A DNA stretch of 64,000 bases from Octopus sinensis. Its lineage: Eukaryota. Position 1 is the stretch's first letter, and the number at the start of each line of letters is the position of its first letter. A program made the translations under genes and the position numbers. This document shows positions 27,001 to 41,295 of this stretch, piece by piece. Below the pieces are notes generated by a model. That model saw only the letters and a list, made by a program, of their open reading frames with translations, was not told the DNA's origin and did not search any database. Where the stretch lies: NCBI RefSeq assembly GCF_006345805.1, contig NC_042999.1, positions 61,132,001 through 61,196,000 of the forward strand, given 5' to 3'.

Positions 27001-27799
27001 ACAACATGCCTGCTGTAATCTCAGATTAATTATTAAAATTGCGGCCCGTGTCATCTAAAAGCCTTTGTCCTGATGATAGGAGTATTGCCAAAGTCAAAAC
27101 TTCAAATCGATCAGTCATCCTATATACAGTTACACGAAATATATTAAGGTTTAACTTATTTAGTTTTGCCAAAGAAATATACGGCTCTGCCCAGTGAGTA
27201 AAACCTACTAACCATTGAAACTTTGGCTGAAAGTTCAACACTCCAAAGTCGATACCATCTGTTTTTCTCTTGATCTTTTTTTTCACTATTTAGCAACAGT
27301 AAAAGCATGACCTTTGGAAGCTCTTCACATGAATATACATAGCGGATATACACATTTATTTAGCAATATTTTATCGAAAAAATGCAGTTGCAATGATATC
27401 TTGATAATTCATTGCTGTAGAATTTATCCTTCTTTAAATAGATAGTAAATCAATCGATATATCCAACAGCTTCTAGCAAATATGCCAGAGCTATGTTTTT
27501 GGCGTCTATATACTTTTCCTCTTCCAAAGGATTTGAGATTAGCATATAAAGCTGATGAAATACTATCAGTTGTACGGCTTTACAACTATGTGCTCTGTCT
27601 ATTCTAAATCCTATCTATCCAACTGGATTTATTTCATTCTGCCTCGATATATTTCGGCTTTGATAACTCTAACATATTTCTTATAAACTATTACCAAATC
27701 CAACACTTCACATTTCTCTTTCTATCTCTCTCTTCCTCTTTCTCGCTTTATTTATGTTTCACTTGCTAGTCTCTATTAAGCAGCATTAATAAGAATATA

Positions 27800-27959
27800 G
27801 GCGCAGGAGTGGCTGTGTGGTAAGTAGCTTGCTTATCAACCACATGGTTCCGGGTTCAGTCCCACTACGTGGCACGTTGGCCGAGTGTCTACTATAGCCT
27901 CGGGCCGACCAAAACCTTGTGAATGGATTTGGTAGACGGAAACTGAAAAAAGCCCGTCG

Positions 27960-27991
<32 letters not shown>

Positions 27992-28288
27992 ATAATATAT
28001 ATATATATTATATATATATATATATAAATATAATATAATATATACATATACATATATATATATTTGTATATATATATGTGTGTGTGTCAGTGTTTGTCCC
28101 CACAACATCGCTTGACAACCGATGCTGGTGTGTTTATGTCCTTGTAACTTAGCGGTTCGGCAAAAGAGACCGATAGAATAAGTACTAGGCTTACAAAGAA
28201 TAAGTCCTGGGGTCGATTTGCTCGACTAAAGGCGGTGCTCCACATGGCCGCAGTCAAATGACTGAAACAAGTAAAAGAGAAAAGAGAG
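27800..28288 (+). mobile_element. SINE family 1, most complete copy
   Basis: GGCGCAGGAGTGGCTGTGTGGTAAG (A box) ..GGGTTCAGTCCC (B box) ..GAAAAAAGCCCGTCG(TA)n(TG)n..CAGTCAAATGACTGAAACAAGTAAAAGAG. Confidence 0.93.
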
Positions 28289-29590
28289 TATATATTATCT
28301 ATCGTACCTCGAAGGGTTCTCTAAATTCTGGCTCAACCTGCTAAAAAATAACAGCCCAACTTCTAAAATTCCACTGTACTCAACTAACGGAGGAATTGTA
28401 TTGGGCAATGTCGTTCTAGATATCAACAATAGGGTGCTCAAGACAGGAAGGTTTTTGACCGCATATCTGCCGAATCAGGTCTTGCAACATCCACATAGTA
28501 TCTGATTTCACTATTTTTAAAACTACTACTATTATTTTCATATCTAAGTGAAAGGAAACAAAGCTGATATAACGTCTCAAAGATTAGCAATTAAGCTTGG
28601 ATTTAGCACCTATACTTTGCTTAGATTATAGTGTGAAATTTGAGATACGGTTTAAATGAATGCGAATTATTAAAGCCGTTTCAAATTACGGCATTTAATG
28701 TCCATGGGCAAAGCTGAGACGTTACATCATCCATTTTCTCCTCCCACTAATTGGTAGGGCTGTTATGCCTTGTCGCAAATATATTAGTTCAAGTATCTTT
28801 GATTTTATTTTTGTTTTGGGGTGGTTTTTTTTCATTTATAAATTGGAATGCAAACCATATCCACCCACCCAACACAACCAGCTGTGGCTTTTAATTGGGA
28901 AAGTAATTAACTCAGATATATTTGCATTGGAATAGAAAGGGGATTATGAAATTCAAATGTTTCACAGGAAGTGTCAATATGCCTGAAACCATCAAGAAAA
29001 AGAAAAACAAAATTGGAAGAAAAGAAAAGAAAGAACAATGAAAATTATATTTCAGTTCATTCTCGAATGGAGAATTATATTGAAAAGCTAATTAGTCCAA
29101 GCTCCTCTGTGAATTATAGCAAAATTTTCCACTAGAAAAGATGCCAGCCATTGGTTTTAAATTTCATAAACGTATTGACATATTCTTTTATTTTTATTTC
29201 ATTTATGTTGATTAATGGATATTGAATAAACTGCTACATCCCAATATGCACTTTAATCCTTGTAACGAGATTTTCAGTTTGCAAACTGTGCGTTGCTATT
29301 AACTCAGACTCAAAGCTCGGCATCTAATCACCCCACTTAATATGCTACATCTTTACATGGACGTGGTTAGCTTTCGCATAATGATTCATTCATTTCACTG
29401 TAAGAAGGCTGAATTTTGTCACGTAAACATAAAATCACTCGTAATTATCTAGCGATCTGATGTCTTTGTTTCATTTCCTATGATATCTCAACCGCTAGAA
29501 ATAGCAAACAAATCTCCCCTCGAATCTCACTTGAGTACATTAAAAATAGAGGGCATCTTGTATAATATATTATTATTTTTTATTTATTTA

Positions 29591-29894
29591 TACGCCCTTT
29601 TCAAGCATAGCCAGGTTCTTAGGCCTGGTTTCCCGGTATTTATGGCGTATGTGTTCCCTACAGCTGGACGGGACGCCAGTCAAATGCAGCGTTACTCAAG
29701 AAACAGGAAGAAAGAGTGAGAGAAAGTTGGGGCGAAAGAGTACAACAGGGGTCGCCACCACCACCTGCCGGAATCTCGTGGTTCTTTAGGTATTTTCGCT
29801 CAGTAAACACACACAACGCCCGGTCTGGGAATCGAAACCGCCATCCTCCGACCGCGAGACCGCTGCCCTAACCACTGGGCCATTGCGCCTTCAC
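29591..29894 (-). mobile_element. SINE, head/body B + tail X
   Basis: Reverse-complement head GGCGCAATGGCCCAGTGGTTAGGGCAGCGG..GGTTTCGATTCCC; tail shared with 11282-11400. 14-bp TSD TGTATAATATATTA at 29559 and 29895. Confidence 0.87.
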
Positions 29895-32800
29895 TGTATA
29901 ATATATTACCAGGATAAATTGTATAAATATAACAAAGAATTGTCATTCTTGGAACACTATGTCATTGCTCAGTTAGATCAGTATCCACAGTTAAGCTGGA
30001 CCTAAGCAAGAAAAAATTCTGGTTTTGCGGCGTTTTGTTAGTAACAAAACACACATTTACGATGTTTGAACAACGTGGCATGCTATGTTTCTACGATGTG
30101 GCATGCATGCTATGCAGACGTTACTATATACGTTCGAAGTTAATGCATATATTTGCACCTGAGAAGATTAACATAGCAAGACGATTTACATAATTTACTT
30201 ACATGAACCGTGTTGAGAAACAATTACGGCATCTATTGGGTGAGCATTATAACACAGCGCGAGATTTACGCGTACAATTAATCGTCACCAACTACTTCCA
30301 TTCCAACACTCTGCTCAAAACAGGCATCAAATAAACCTGATGATCGCCATGTTCCGTTACCTGATTGACTTTCGAATGACTTGATCATTTCAAAGAGCAG
30401 CCTGCGACATAGAGATATGCAACAAGATCAAGTCAGCCAGAGGAGATGCATTAAGTACAGCCTCTGGGAATGACCCATTACTACCGGTCAAAATATTGAC
30501 CAATCAAAGTGAAGAATTTTCCTCAATCCAGTATATGGTATCCTCTTTGAAACCCACCAGCAATATAAGCTTAACTGAATTGAGTCTCTCACAGTGGATT
30601 GATTTCAAGCCAGTTCAAGAAAGTTCACCGCTTTTTTTTCAAAGTAACGCTACCTTGTTGCATAATTAGACACAAATACATCCCCAACTGATATAAAACT
30701 GCAGTAAGAAGCCAAGTCTAAAAAACAATGAGGTATCGTCCATTACCGCCTGTGAAGACATTCTACGAAGATTTGATGCCGGTCGCCTCTGATGACACGA
30801 GGAATCAAAATTCCACTAAGTCCACTCAGAGCAAGACAACACCAATGAAACCACAATGGGTAATCCATGAGGATCACAGAAGAGATGTGGCTTAATAACT
30901 ATTCCAAAGTCTGTCCAGCGCCCCAGAAACCGCGAAATGCCTGATTAACATAAATTAGATGCCTTACGAAATTCCGAAAAACTGAATTAGAAAATGATTC
31001 TCTGTCCAGCATTTGATAGCATCCTTCTAGAGATCATCAACTGAGCAAAGGGCATTTTGTTAAACCAGATGCCCGAACTGCTCTGCTGGTGCTAGAAAGT
31101 AGAAACAGAGTCGCAAGGCATTTGGAGCGGTAAAATTGTCGCCCAGAATAAGAAGTGGGTGGGGAGAGCCAACTACAATAATTAGAGAGGTAATTATTTC
31201 TTGATCATTGTTGAGAACGGTTTTGCTCATATGGTCCTAGCCCCATCGGAAAATCGCGAAAAAGGACATATCTCGAATGTCATTTGAGTTTCAGTTCAGA
31301 GCTCACCGCAAAAATTACGCGCATTGCCCCTCCGCCACTACAAGACAAATGAAGATATCAATCGCGTGCAGTGTACGTCGGTTTTGTTAATCTTATAACA
31401 TTCTTCAACCATGAGGAGGTAGAGTGTTCAAAATCCTCGACAAGATCTGTTACCCGCCGACACTCACGTGGATACTTCAGTCATTCTACCGTCGTTCATG
31501 AGGAAAAGAATATGTACCAGCTACGTGCTGGAGTATATTTATTCGAACTGAGACCAACGAACATGAAGTTAAGAATCAATAAAACGAATCAATTTACTAA
31601 GATGCCGAAAAATATGTCTTGCGTCGATAAACTACTGTCATTTATGCTCTAAGTTCATATCATACCAATGTCATCTTTGCGTTTTATCCTACCGAGTTCC
31701 ATCAAATAAAGTATAGTCAGTTACTGATTTCGATTTAATCGACTGAAAATTCAGATTTCTAATATATGTAGCTTTCCGCCAATAATGGAAATCAATATTA
31801 GGTTGAAGACTAAGATGTTTAATGAGGAAACATTAGACATCTTCCATGCCTTCACAACAGTACTATTAAGTATAGCGAATCTACAAGACTCACTTAATAA
31901 CATCTTAATTGAACATGAATCGCTAAAAGTTGTAAAGTAGCTTGCTGATGCTGCTGTGTTTTGTCTTCTTTTATTTTTGCCCAGAGTATTATATCAGCAG
32001 GTGAGAGAGACTGTATTAATTTGTAACAGAAACTTAGATTCTCTTTGCTGTAAAAATATTTAATTATTGTTGAGGGTTTTATTCAAAACTAAGAAATAGA
32101 TATATTTCCCCATGCAGTTTTATTGCCTGGGAGAAATCTTTATTTTCATTCCAGTGCTGACATTTAATTGACCTATAATTGAAACAATGAAAGTGTGAGC
32201 TTGCTAATAAATTATACAAATAGGATTCTTTCCATCTGAGACAATGAGCTAACTCAATTGGTTTTTAAACTTCTAGGAAGATCGATTTAAAAGTTTTAAT
32301 GGAGTTTAGAGATCACGTGAGGTTTTGGAAATTGAAGATTACCCTCGGCATTGTATGATAAGTTCATAGTAAAATCTCGAATTGATTCCATTAGCTATTT
32401 TCACAGCACACACGGCTCCTGATAGCCAACGTATAAAAATGGATTGAGGTTACAAGAGTAAATATTGATTTTTCTTTAGTAGACAATATGTCATGTTTAT
32501 AAGGAAGGCTGATAGAGTTGTTTTGTCAGACTCCACTAGATTATTTGTAATTATTTAGTTTATCCATCCATACTCTGAAATACAAGTCTACCCCCAGCAG
32601 AATTTATTCTAAAAGCAAAGTCAATAAACAAGATCCCGGACAATTTCCATTTCAGCCGTCTAATGTCAACATCATCTCCAACACTGAGATCGATTAAATA
32701 TTGTCTCTTGGCTTAAAAACAACTCTCATTTTGTAGAGAAAGGAGATATGTATATCCAATTAAGTTTTTAAAAAATCAAAACATTGGCACTTAAAAAAAA

Positions 32801-34021
32801 TACGAAACGATGAAAGAGTTTTTCACAATCAATCGACCAGTTACAAACAGCAACCATACATCCCTTAGATCTCATTCTTTTATTCTTTTTTAAGGGGGTA
32901 TTCGTTGAATTATGCGAATCTTGGTTCCGCACTGAGCCGAATGGTGCAGTCCAACGTACACCGTTTCTGAGGGGAGGGAGAATATGAGAAGGAATAACTC
33001 TGATCATATGTTAATTAGAACAAGGTTGACATAATAAACAGCGACAACAGGATAATAATATATAACGGGTATTTATTTAACACACATCATCATATGAATT
33101 CCAATAGCATACCTCAAACTATACTTTTAACATTTCTGTAACAGAAACTGTCTTCGAAACATACAGAAGGCTGGAAGGACACTCTGTTGTAGTTACCTAC
33201 CAGCATAAATTTTCAGTTGACTTGAATGGATCACCGTGGAATGACAAGGCCTAACTCAGGAATACAACGCGTTTCGTTATCTGGGAACCAAACCTACGTC
33301 CTTACAATTGTTAGCTAAGTGGCCTAAGCACTAAATCACGTACCTTCATATAGACACCAGAAATATAACGACCATCACAAAGTCAGAAACGCGGAAAGTT
33401 AGGCTTGTACATCTGCCTTTTAAATATTGATATTTTTATCTGTTTAAATAAAATTAATCAAATTGATGAAAACTGAAAATTTGTTTATACTTTTTACTTG
33501 TTCTCTTTTTATTTGTTTGTGTTTTTTTTTACTGACATTGAACTTTGCCTTTTTATGTACCATTCATCCTATCAAGACGTTAATCATCTTGTTCTTCCTC
33601 ATTTGGTAGTTGATGGTCGGTTCCTGAGTTGCAGACTTGAGATTTGAATACTGCCAAATCAATTTCGCTGTTTGAGACACGAAAGAATGTCAAGAGAAAT
33701 CGCTCTGTTGTTGTTAAACATGTTCGACTTAATGTCATCTAAGTTCTACCACTTAAAAGTTGTAAAACTGCAATAGACATCATCCTTGACTGACATGGAA
33801 ACTATATTGTTTACGTTACATATGAAGTAGCGGATGGCGAAAGTGGCGAGTGGTGTAACGTAGAAATAAATTTGTGTCGAGCCGAACATGCAATCTAACT
33901 TCGATTTCCGATCGCTGTCATTTCATTCTTTTTAAAATGCTGGCGAAACGCACGCGCACACATACACATGCATGTACACGCACACACACATTTACTCAAA
34001 CACGCATATGTATGTATAAAA

Positions 34022-34240
34022 TCTTTTGCTTGTTTCAGTCATTTGACTCCGGCCATGCTGGAGGGCACCACCTTTTATTCAAGCAAATTGAACCACAGAA
34101 CTTATTCTATCGGACTCTTTTGCCGAACTGCTAAGTTACGGGGACATAAACACACCAGCATCGGTTGTCAAGCGATGCTGGGGGACAAACACAGACACAC
34201 AAACATATACACACATACACACACACACATATATATATAT
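34022..34240 (-). mobile_element. SINE family 1, tail half ending at microsatellite
   Basis: TTGTTTCAGTCATTTGACTCCGGCCATGCTGG..GGGGACAAACACAGACAC(AC)n; no head beyond the tract. Confidence 0.88.
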
Positions 34241-34299
34241 ATGTATGTATATATGTATGTATGTATGTATGTATGTAGGTATGTATGTATATATATACA

Positions 34300-34392
<93 letters not shown>

Positions 34393-36419
34393 ATATATGT
34401 ATTAAACAAACTACCACAATTACACGCCCCTGGAAGGCTTACATTAATTACGTAAATACAGAGTATTGGAAACATAATATACTTTCCAACCACGCTGCTC
34501 CACTTCTTTTTCAATACAGAAAGACACATGATATAAGGTATTCCGAGTTTAACTTAAGATTTTTTTCCTTTCTATTTTGTTTTAGCCATCGCGGCCAAGT
34601 TCAAACACAAGCTCTAACTTCGTCTTCAAAACTCTAGGCTAGTCGAGACCGAGATTTCTTTATAATCATGGGACCTGACAATAATCAATAGCGCTCTAAA
34701 ACGGATTCCTTAATAAACTGAAGTTTTGAATTTCACAAAAATGAAAGCAGTATACCCAGCAAATGAGGAGCCTCTATACAGTCATTCCATTTACTAGAAA
34801 CAACAATGATAGCTACCTCAAATGATACTACGGTCATCTTTAAAAGAAAAGGCACGAAGATTTACAAAAGGACAGGACGGTCAGAACTGGAACGTCTTCT
34901 GTCCTTCACCTACTTGGTCGAGGTCGACTTTGATCAAACCAACAGCAACAATAGAAATTGCACATGTGTGGAGTCGAGAATGGCAGCTGGCTTCTCTTTG
35001 TAAGAATATATATGAACTTTCAGATTCAGTTATAAAAATTTGTCCTTACTGCAATAACTTTACTTTCCATACGGTAAATATTAATGGTCTTTGGAAAAGC
35101 TCCAGAGTCAGAGAACCCACAACAGTTGTATAAAATCTGGCGCTTGCTTCTTCGCAAATAGACAAACGCATCGCTGTGCCTTTGTATTCCTTATTATGCT
35201 GAAACTCTAATCGAACCGAATTTTCATTTCATCTGTAAGAGGTGATAAAATACCAGTAATAAGTAGTTCAGTCATTTCAAATATATCAAATCGCCTCTCT
35301 ACTAAATTAGCATTTTACCAAGTGCAAAGAAAATATCGCTTTGTTAATCGATTCTGTTTTCTAGAGATAATTAAACACTGTGAAGAACAGTTGGCGGTTG
35401 ATATAAAATCTAATGACATGGCTGTTTATGAGATATTTTGTTCATATAGTGATGTTGTTGTTGATAGCAACGATAGTAGTGTTGTGTGGAAATGATATAT
35501 TTCTATTAGTGTTTGCGATGACATTGTGGCATTTCTCTAGTTAATGTTGCTAGTCACTGTTGTGTTTGGTTAATTGCAAAAGTAGGTTTGATGGTTGAGA
35601 TGGAGGCGGTTTATATCGACGCTTAAGTGAGATAAAGTTTTATACTCATTATAATGTTCACTCGGACAATATATAAAATAATGAAAACAGTAATAGAATT
35701 TATGTTGATATACTACATTGAATTACTGCCTGTTTAACTGCCAAAGTTTAATGTATATTCATTAATCAAACCTCAACAGCTTTCTAAAGTTATGAGCCAG
35801 CTATTTTTCTTTCTTATTTTCTTTCCTTATTTCTTTTTGTAATGTTAGTATCGTCCTCACGTTGAACAAAGTGGGAATTATTGGTGGTTTAAATTATTAG
35901 TTCAGATGTGACGTTAGAGAATTGATCTAGTTGTTTGCAATATCGATTTTGTATCGTGTGTTTGTACGGGCTGGGAGGAGTAAGGGCTGGCTAAAGAAAT
36001 AATTCCGATCATGTCGTTGCATTATTCACGTTATTGATCTAACGTTTGGAAGGATATCCTCAGACCCACTAGTTACATTATCGATTTCATGTTGCGAAAA
36101 ATACAATTGGTTTGAATTACCGAACTTCATGTCTTCATGGTTTGGGCATTAGAATATATTTTGTAGTTTCTATTTTATAATTCTTTTTTTTTTTTCTCAT
36201 TTCAGTAATAAAGGGCCGTTACCTTAATATTTTCATTAGTCCGCATCACATAATCCTATCGGAATTGCTTGCATCTGTATGTGAAATCAACTGTGCTCTT
36301 ATCGACAAAATCCTAATGGTTTTTCAGGGAGAGTTCTTTAATTACTATATTGAATAGCAATAAAAAGACAAAAACCCGGTTCACAAAAGAGCAGATTTTG
36401 ATTGAAAAAAACATGTCTG

Positions 36420-37310
36420 TTGGTATTGTTGATGTTTTTGTTGCAGTAATGATACCGTTGTTAAAGTTGTTGCTGTTGTTGTTGCAGTTATGCTGGTTGT
36501 TGTTGTTAGTGGTGGTGGTAGTGGTGTTATTGCTGTTGATGTTGCTCCGTTTACTTTGTTTTTTTTATGATGTTGTTTATGTTGATAACATAGATGATGA
36601 GGATGATGACAATGATAACGATGAAGAGGAGAGAGAGCAGAAGGAAGCAGAAGAGGAGGAGAAAGAAAGGATGACGATGATGATGGTGGCTGTTGTTATA
36701 GAAGTGTGGCAATACCGATGGTGGGATAACGTGATGGCAGTGGGGTGGGTGTAATGATGATAGTTCTAATAATAATGATAATTATGTTGAAGATTTTAAT
36801 GCTACGGTTGTTGTTGGTAGCGGTGTTGGTGTTGATAATAAAGAGGAATAGGTGGAGGAGAAGTAAGATGGGAAGGGGAGGAGAGAAAGAGGTGCATAAT
36901 AAAGATGAGCATTGTTTTGTGATAGTGGCAGTGGCCGTGGTAGTCGTGGTCGCAGTGGTCGTGATGGTCACGGTGGTAGTGATGGTAGTGACGGTAGATG
37001 ATGACGGCGGGTAGTGGTGTGTTTGACATCTTGATGACTGCGTTGATAATAATGATATCAGAGAAGTTGATGAGTTTCAGTGAAACAGTTCCTGCGACTG
37101 ATTGATGACAATGATGGCGATGTTGTTGATGGTGGTGGTCATGATGATGATGATGATGATGATGACGACGACGACGACGCTGATGATAATGATAATGATG
37201 ATTATGATAATGACGACGTTAATGATAATAATGATGATGATGAGAGATGATGACGACGATGAAGGCAACAATAATAACGCAAATGACGTGAATGGACAAA
37301 GTTGGTGATT
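36420..37310. repeat. Degenerate trinucleotide low-complexity region (GTT/GAT/GGT/GAG/AAT)
   Basis: Read directly; gives poly-M/I/V ORFs. Confidence 0.9.
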
Positions 37311-37389
37311 ATAATGTTGATTATATCACTGATTGTTTTATCGTTTCATAATTTTAAAGATACCGTTTACGATAACCTCCACGATATTT

Positions 37390-37900
37390 CTTTTCCGTCG
37401 TCTCTTTCCTTTTTTTTTCTTCCTCCTTTTCTGCCTTCGTTTCTCTTTTCTTTATTTTTCCTTGCTATTTTTCTTCCTTCTTTCCTTCCATTCTTTCATT
37501 CACTTCCCTGAATCTTTTATTTCATTCCTTCTGTATCGCCTTCTATTTTTTACTTTCATTCATTTCTCAACCTTTCCCTCCATCTTCCTTCGGATTCTAA
37601 CTTTCTTTCGTTGTTGTTCCCGCCATTCATTACTACTTTGTTCCTTCTGTATTTCTTTTCTTTTCCTTCTATTCCCATTCCTACTTTCAGATCTATTTAC
37701 CTTTTTTCCTTCTTCTATTCTTTCATCATCTCTTTCTTCTTTCCATCGTCCCTTCCTTCATCTTTTATTTCTGTTTCCTTATGTTCCTCTCAATCGTTCA
37801 CCCATTTCATCTTTACCCGTCATTTTTCTTCATCTGTCTCTTATTTTATTTACATTTTTGTTAATTTCCATACTGAATATTTGCATCCCTTTCATACGTT
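37390..37900. repeat. Polypyrimidine (TTC/TTCC-rich) low-complexity tract
   Basis: Read directly. Confidence 0.85.
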
Positions 37901-39344
37901 TATAAAAACAAATAGTTTTTTCTGCTCACACATACGTACGTCTTCGTAATCGCTGTGTATGAAGGGGTGCAACAGCGAAAAATATACATACACGCATACA
38001 AATGTATGTGTATGTGTTTGTGAATGTATCAATGTGTGTGGAGTGTGTATGCGTATGAGTGTGTGTGTGTGTGCATGCGTGTTAATAAATGATATCCAAA
38101 TGCATACCAGTAATCATCGAGGGGGGATTAAGCATGATCATTTATTCACATATGGAGTTACTTGTGCACAATTATCATGGATGTTACACATCACAAATGT
38201 ATTGTTTACGCTCAGAATCTTACAACATAAACACTTACACTATACATGCTGGTACTAGAATACCAAAACACCGTAATTAAATTGTGCTCTAAGGAGCAGT
38301 GATCTCAAATGGTTAACCTCTTGCTATTTGTTAACCTGTAGATATCATACCTCAAACTTTTATTCCATATACACATTCCACTTCTTTCTACGTCTTTTGC
38401 ATCAAGGGTGAACTATGTTTGTACAGCCAACAACGGAACCTATTGCTAGTTGATATTTCACATAGTCCTTGATATTTTCATACATCTAACTTCCATAATC
38501 CTTCATAAACTTCATTTCTTAAAGAGAATAAGAGAGACTACTTTTGCACGCAGTGTTAAAGCTGCTTCTTAGATAACAAGAGTTTCCAGTTATCGATCCC
38601 TTTCATTAGCCAATAACAGTCATACCCAGTAGCACTAAAAAACCTACAGAAACTCCGATCCGCAAGCAGTCAGCTTCAATCAACGTTTACCAGTCTCATC
38701 AAGTGGCTTGAACTAGGCAATGATATTCAGCTCTACTCATTAACCAACGATAACAGACCTTGTCTATGCGCTGCAAAAAGCATTGTTATTTAAACCAGGT
38801 AATGGTTTTGCTTCCTTTCTCAGAGACTTGAACTAATGGGTTTCTGAGTCAAGCTGTTGACACTATTAAATACTGTAGCCCAAAAAGAGCGAGGGGAATA
38901 AGAGTACAATACGAGACGACACAACAGACCGACGAAAATTTAAAAGATGTTAGTTAAAGGATAAGCACAAGACAAAAATCTATGGAACGTTTTACACGGT
39001 AAATTTTAATACTGAAAAGAGGAAAATAGACAATTGTTTCAGGTGAATGTTTTATCAAAGTAACGTAAAAAAAGAAATAAGAAAAAAAAAAGAAACACGA
39101 AGAGAGACAATACCTGGTTAAAGCACGTGTTTGCCTTTCGGTTGCATGGTGTAAAACACGTATTTTACTGATAGACCGAAAGTAGGCTAGCTGACTAGGT
39201 GGGGTCAAGAATAGGTGGGGCAGGTTGAGTGGTAGGGTTGAGCGAGAAGGGATAAGAAAAAAGAAGGGACTATTGTTTAATGTTCAAGGGAAGAATTTGA
39301 GAGGAGTGGAGAAAGTAGTTATATGCGTAGTGATAATAGAAGGT

Positions 39345-39515
39345 ATGCTTAGCAGTATTTCGTCCGCCGTTACGTTCTGAGTTCAAATTCCGCCGAGGTC
39401 GACTTTGCCTTTCATCCGTTCGCGGATGATTAATCAAGTACCAGTTACGTACTGGGATCGATGTTTTTCATTGTTTGTCCCCTCTATGTTCAGCCCCTTG
39501 TGGACAATAAAGCAA
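39345..39515 (+). mobile_element. SINE family 2, 5' truncated
   Basis: GTATTTCGTCCGCCGTTACGTTCTGAGTTCAAATTCCGCCGAGGTCGACTTTGCC; AGAAGGTA repeated on both flanks. Confidence 0.88.
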
Positions 39516-39560
39516 TAAGAAGGTAGTGTTTAGACACATTCACGTGCAAGAAACTATGTA

Positions 39561-39877
39561 AAGGAGCACTCCGTCAGTTACGACGAGGGTCCCACCTGAT
39601 ACGATCAACAGAACAGCTTGCTCGTGAAATTAACGTGCAAGTGGCTGAGCACTCTACAGACACGTGTACCTTTAACGTAGTTCTCGGGGAGATTCGGCAT
39701 TACAGTGACAAGGCCGGCCCTTTGAAATACAGGTACTACTCATGTTTGCTAGCTGAGTGGACTGGAGCAACATGAAATAAAATGTTTTGCTCAAGGACAC
39801 AACGCGTCGCCGGGAATTGAACTCACGACCTTACGATTGCGAGCCGAATGCCTTAACTACTAAGCCACGCGCCTTCA
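39561..39877 (-). mobile_element. SINE, head A + CORE-like body + tail Y
   Basis: Head and body as 11400-11517; tail as 61868-62030. Exact 14-bp TSD CAAGAAACTATGTA at 39547 and 39878. Confidence 0.9.
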
Positions 39878-39998
39878 CAAGAAACTATGTATTTGTATAG
39901 TAATGGGTTTTTGTATGTGTGTGTAAAGAGCAGAGAGTATTTATGAATTAACTGTATTAGTAGTATGTTTGTGCTGATACATATATACGTGGGTGTGT

Positions 39999-40050
<52 letters not shown>

Positions 40051-41084
40051 GTGCGTGAGTTATTTAGGTAGATTACCTATACACGCAAGCTGTGGTAGTG
40101 AAAGATTACTATACCTAGAATTTGGTGATGTGTAGGTGTAAATTTGTGTGCGTAACAAATGTTAATGTGCTATTTATAACAGCTAGGATTGTCCTAAGCA
40201 AAAGATGAGCTGTTGTTCTTTGTGATGGGGTGGAACAGATGAGCCGTAGAGTAAAAAGACACTATGGACTGAGAGATGGGAAATGGTGTGGACAGATAAA
40301 CTGTGACGGGCAACAAGCTATGCAGTATTATTTAAACGAAGGTAGCTTAGGTGTTCTTCGAAAAGAACCGCTAACCTTCGGCCGTGTCAACAATGTACAA
40401 GGAGCCACATAAAAGACATCTGATGCAATATATTATATTCTTTGTGTAGTAGGCAAAATAGTCAGCGATGTAGTGGGGATGCTGGTTGGGTGCATGTAGC
40501 ATAGTATTGTTGTAGATGTATGGAAAAGTATTGCAACAGATCCTAGAGTAGGAAATGGAAAATGGTTAGGTACGAAGAGCTTTCGAACTATGAGATCACA
40601 TAGGTTAGAAGACAGATTGTATGAATGAATTGAAGAGACACACGTGGAATATAGCGGAGGTGGCAGTGTCTAAGCTAAGGAGGTAGGATCTGCAAAGGAT
40701 GGAATGTTAAAAGGGTACGATATTAGGATTGACGGTGAGCCTTCCGTAATATCAATGACTATATCATTCACTGTTCCCTACATATCGAAGAGGATAGAGT
40801 TTGTCAATGTATATAGTCATGTGACTAGCGAATACACATCTTTGACAAGGCTCAAGGTGGCCCAAATGCATCTGTTGTTCGTATGAGTGACAACTGGAAA
40901 GAAGTTAGTATCGCTCCGGTATATATTGCGTTTTTAATACAGCATATCAATCGAAAATAAACCAACGACGCACATGAACCCATACAAATGCGGTCACATA
41001 GATACGTATATACATACACATACCTGTATATATATATATATAATATATATATATATATATAATATATATATATTATATATATAT

Positions 41085-41150
<66 letters not shown>

Positions 41151-41295
41151 TAGAAAAGAAAGAGAGAGAGAGAGAGAAAAAGAAAGAGAGAGAGAGAGAG
41201 AGAAATAAGGATATGATCGTTAATTTTAAAATAAAATAACGATTTTATCAAGTGGTCAGCATGGAAAAAATAACCTTCAAAGGTAATACTTATTA

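Noticed and set aside
30200-30340. Possible Penelope GIY-YIG fragment (KQLRHLLGEH..TNYFHSN)
   Set aside because: Resemblance too weak; no GIY/YIG motif visible.
34770-35010. Possible + strand exon/ORF
   Set aside because: No recognisable homology and weak splice context.
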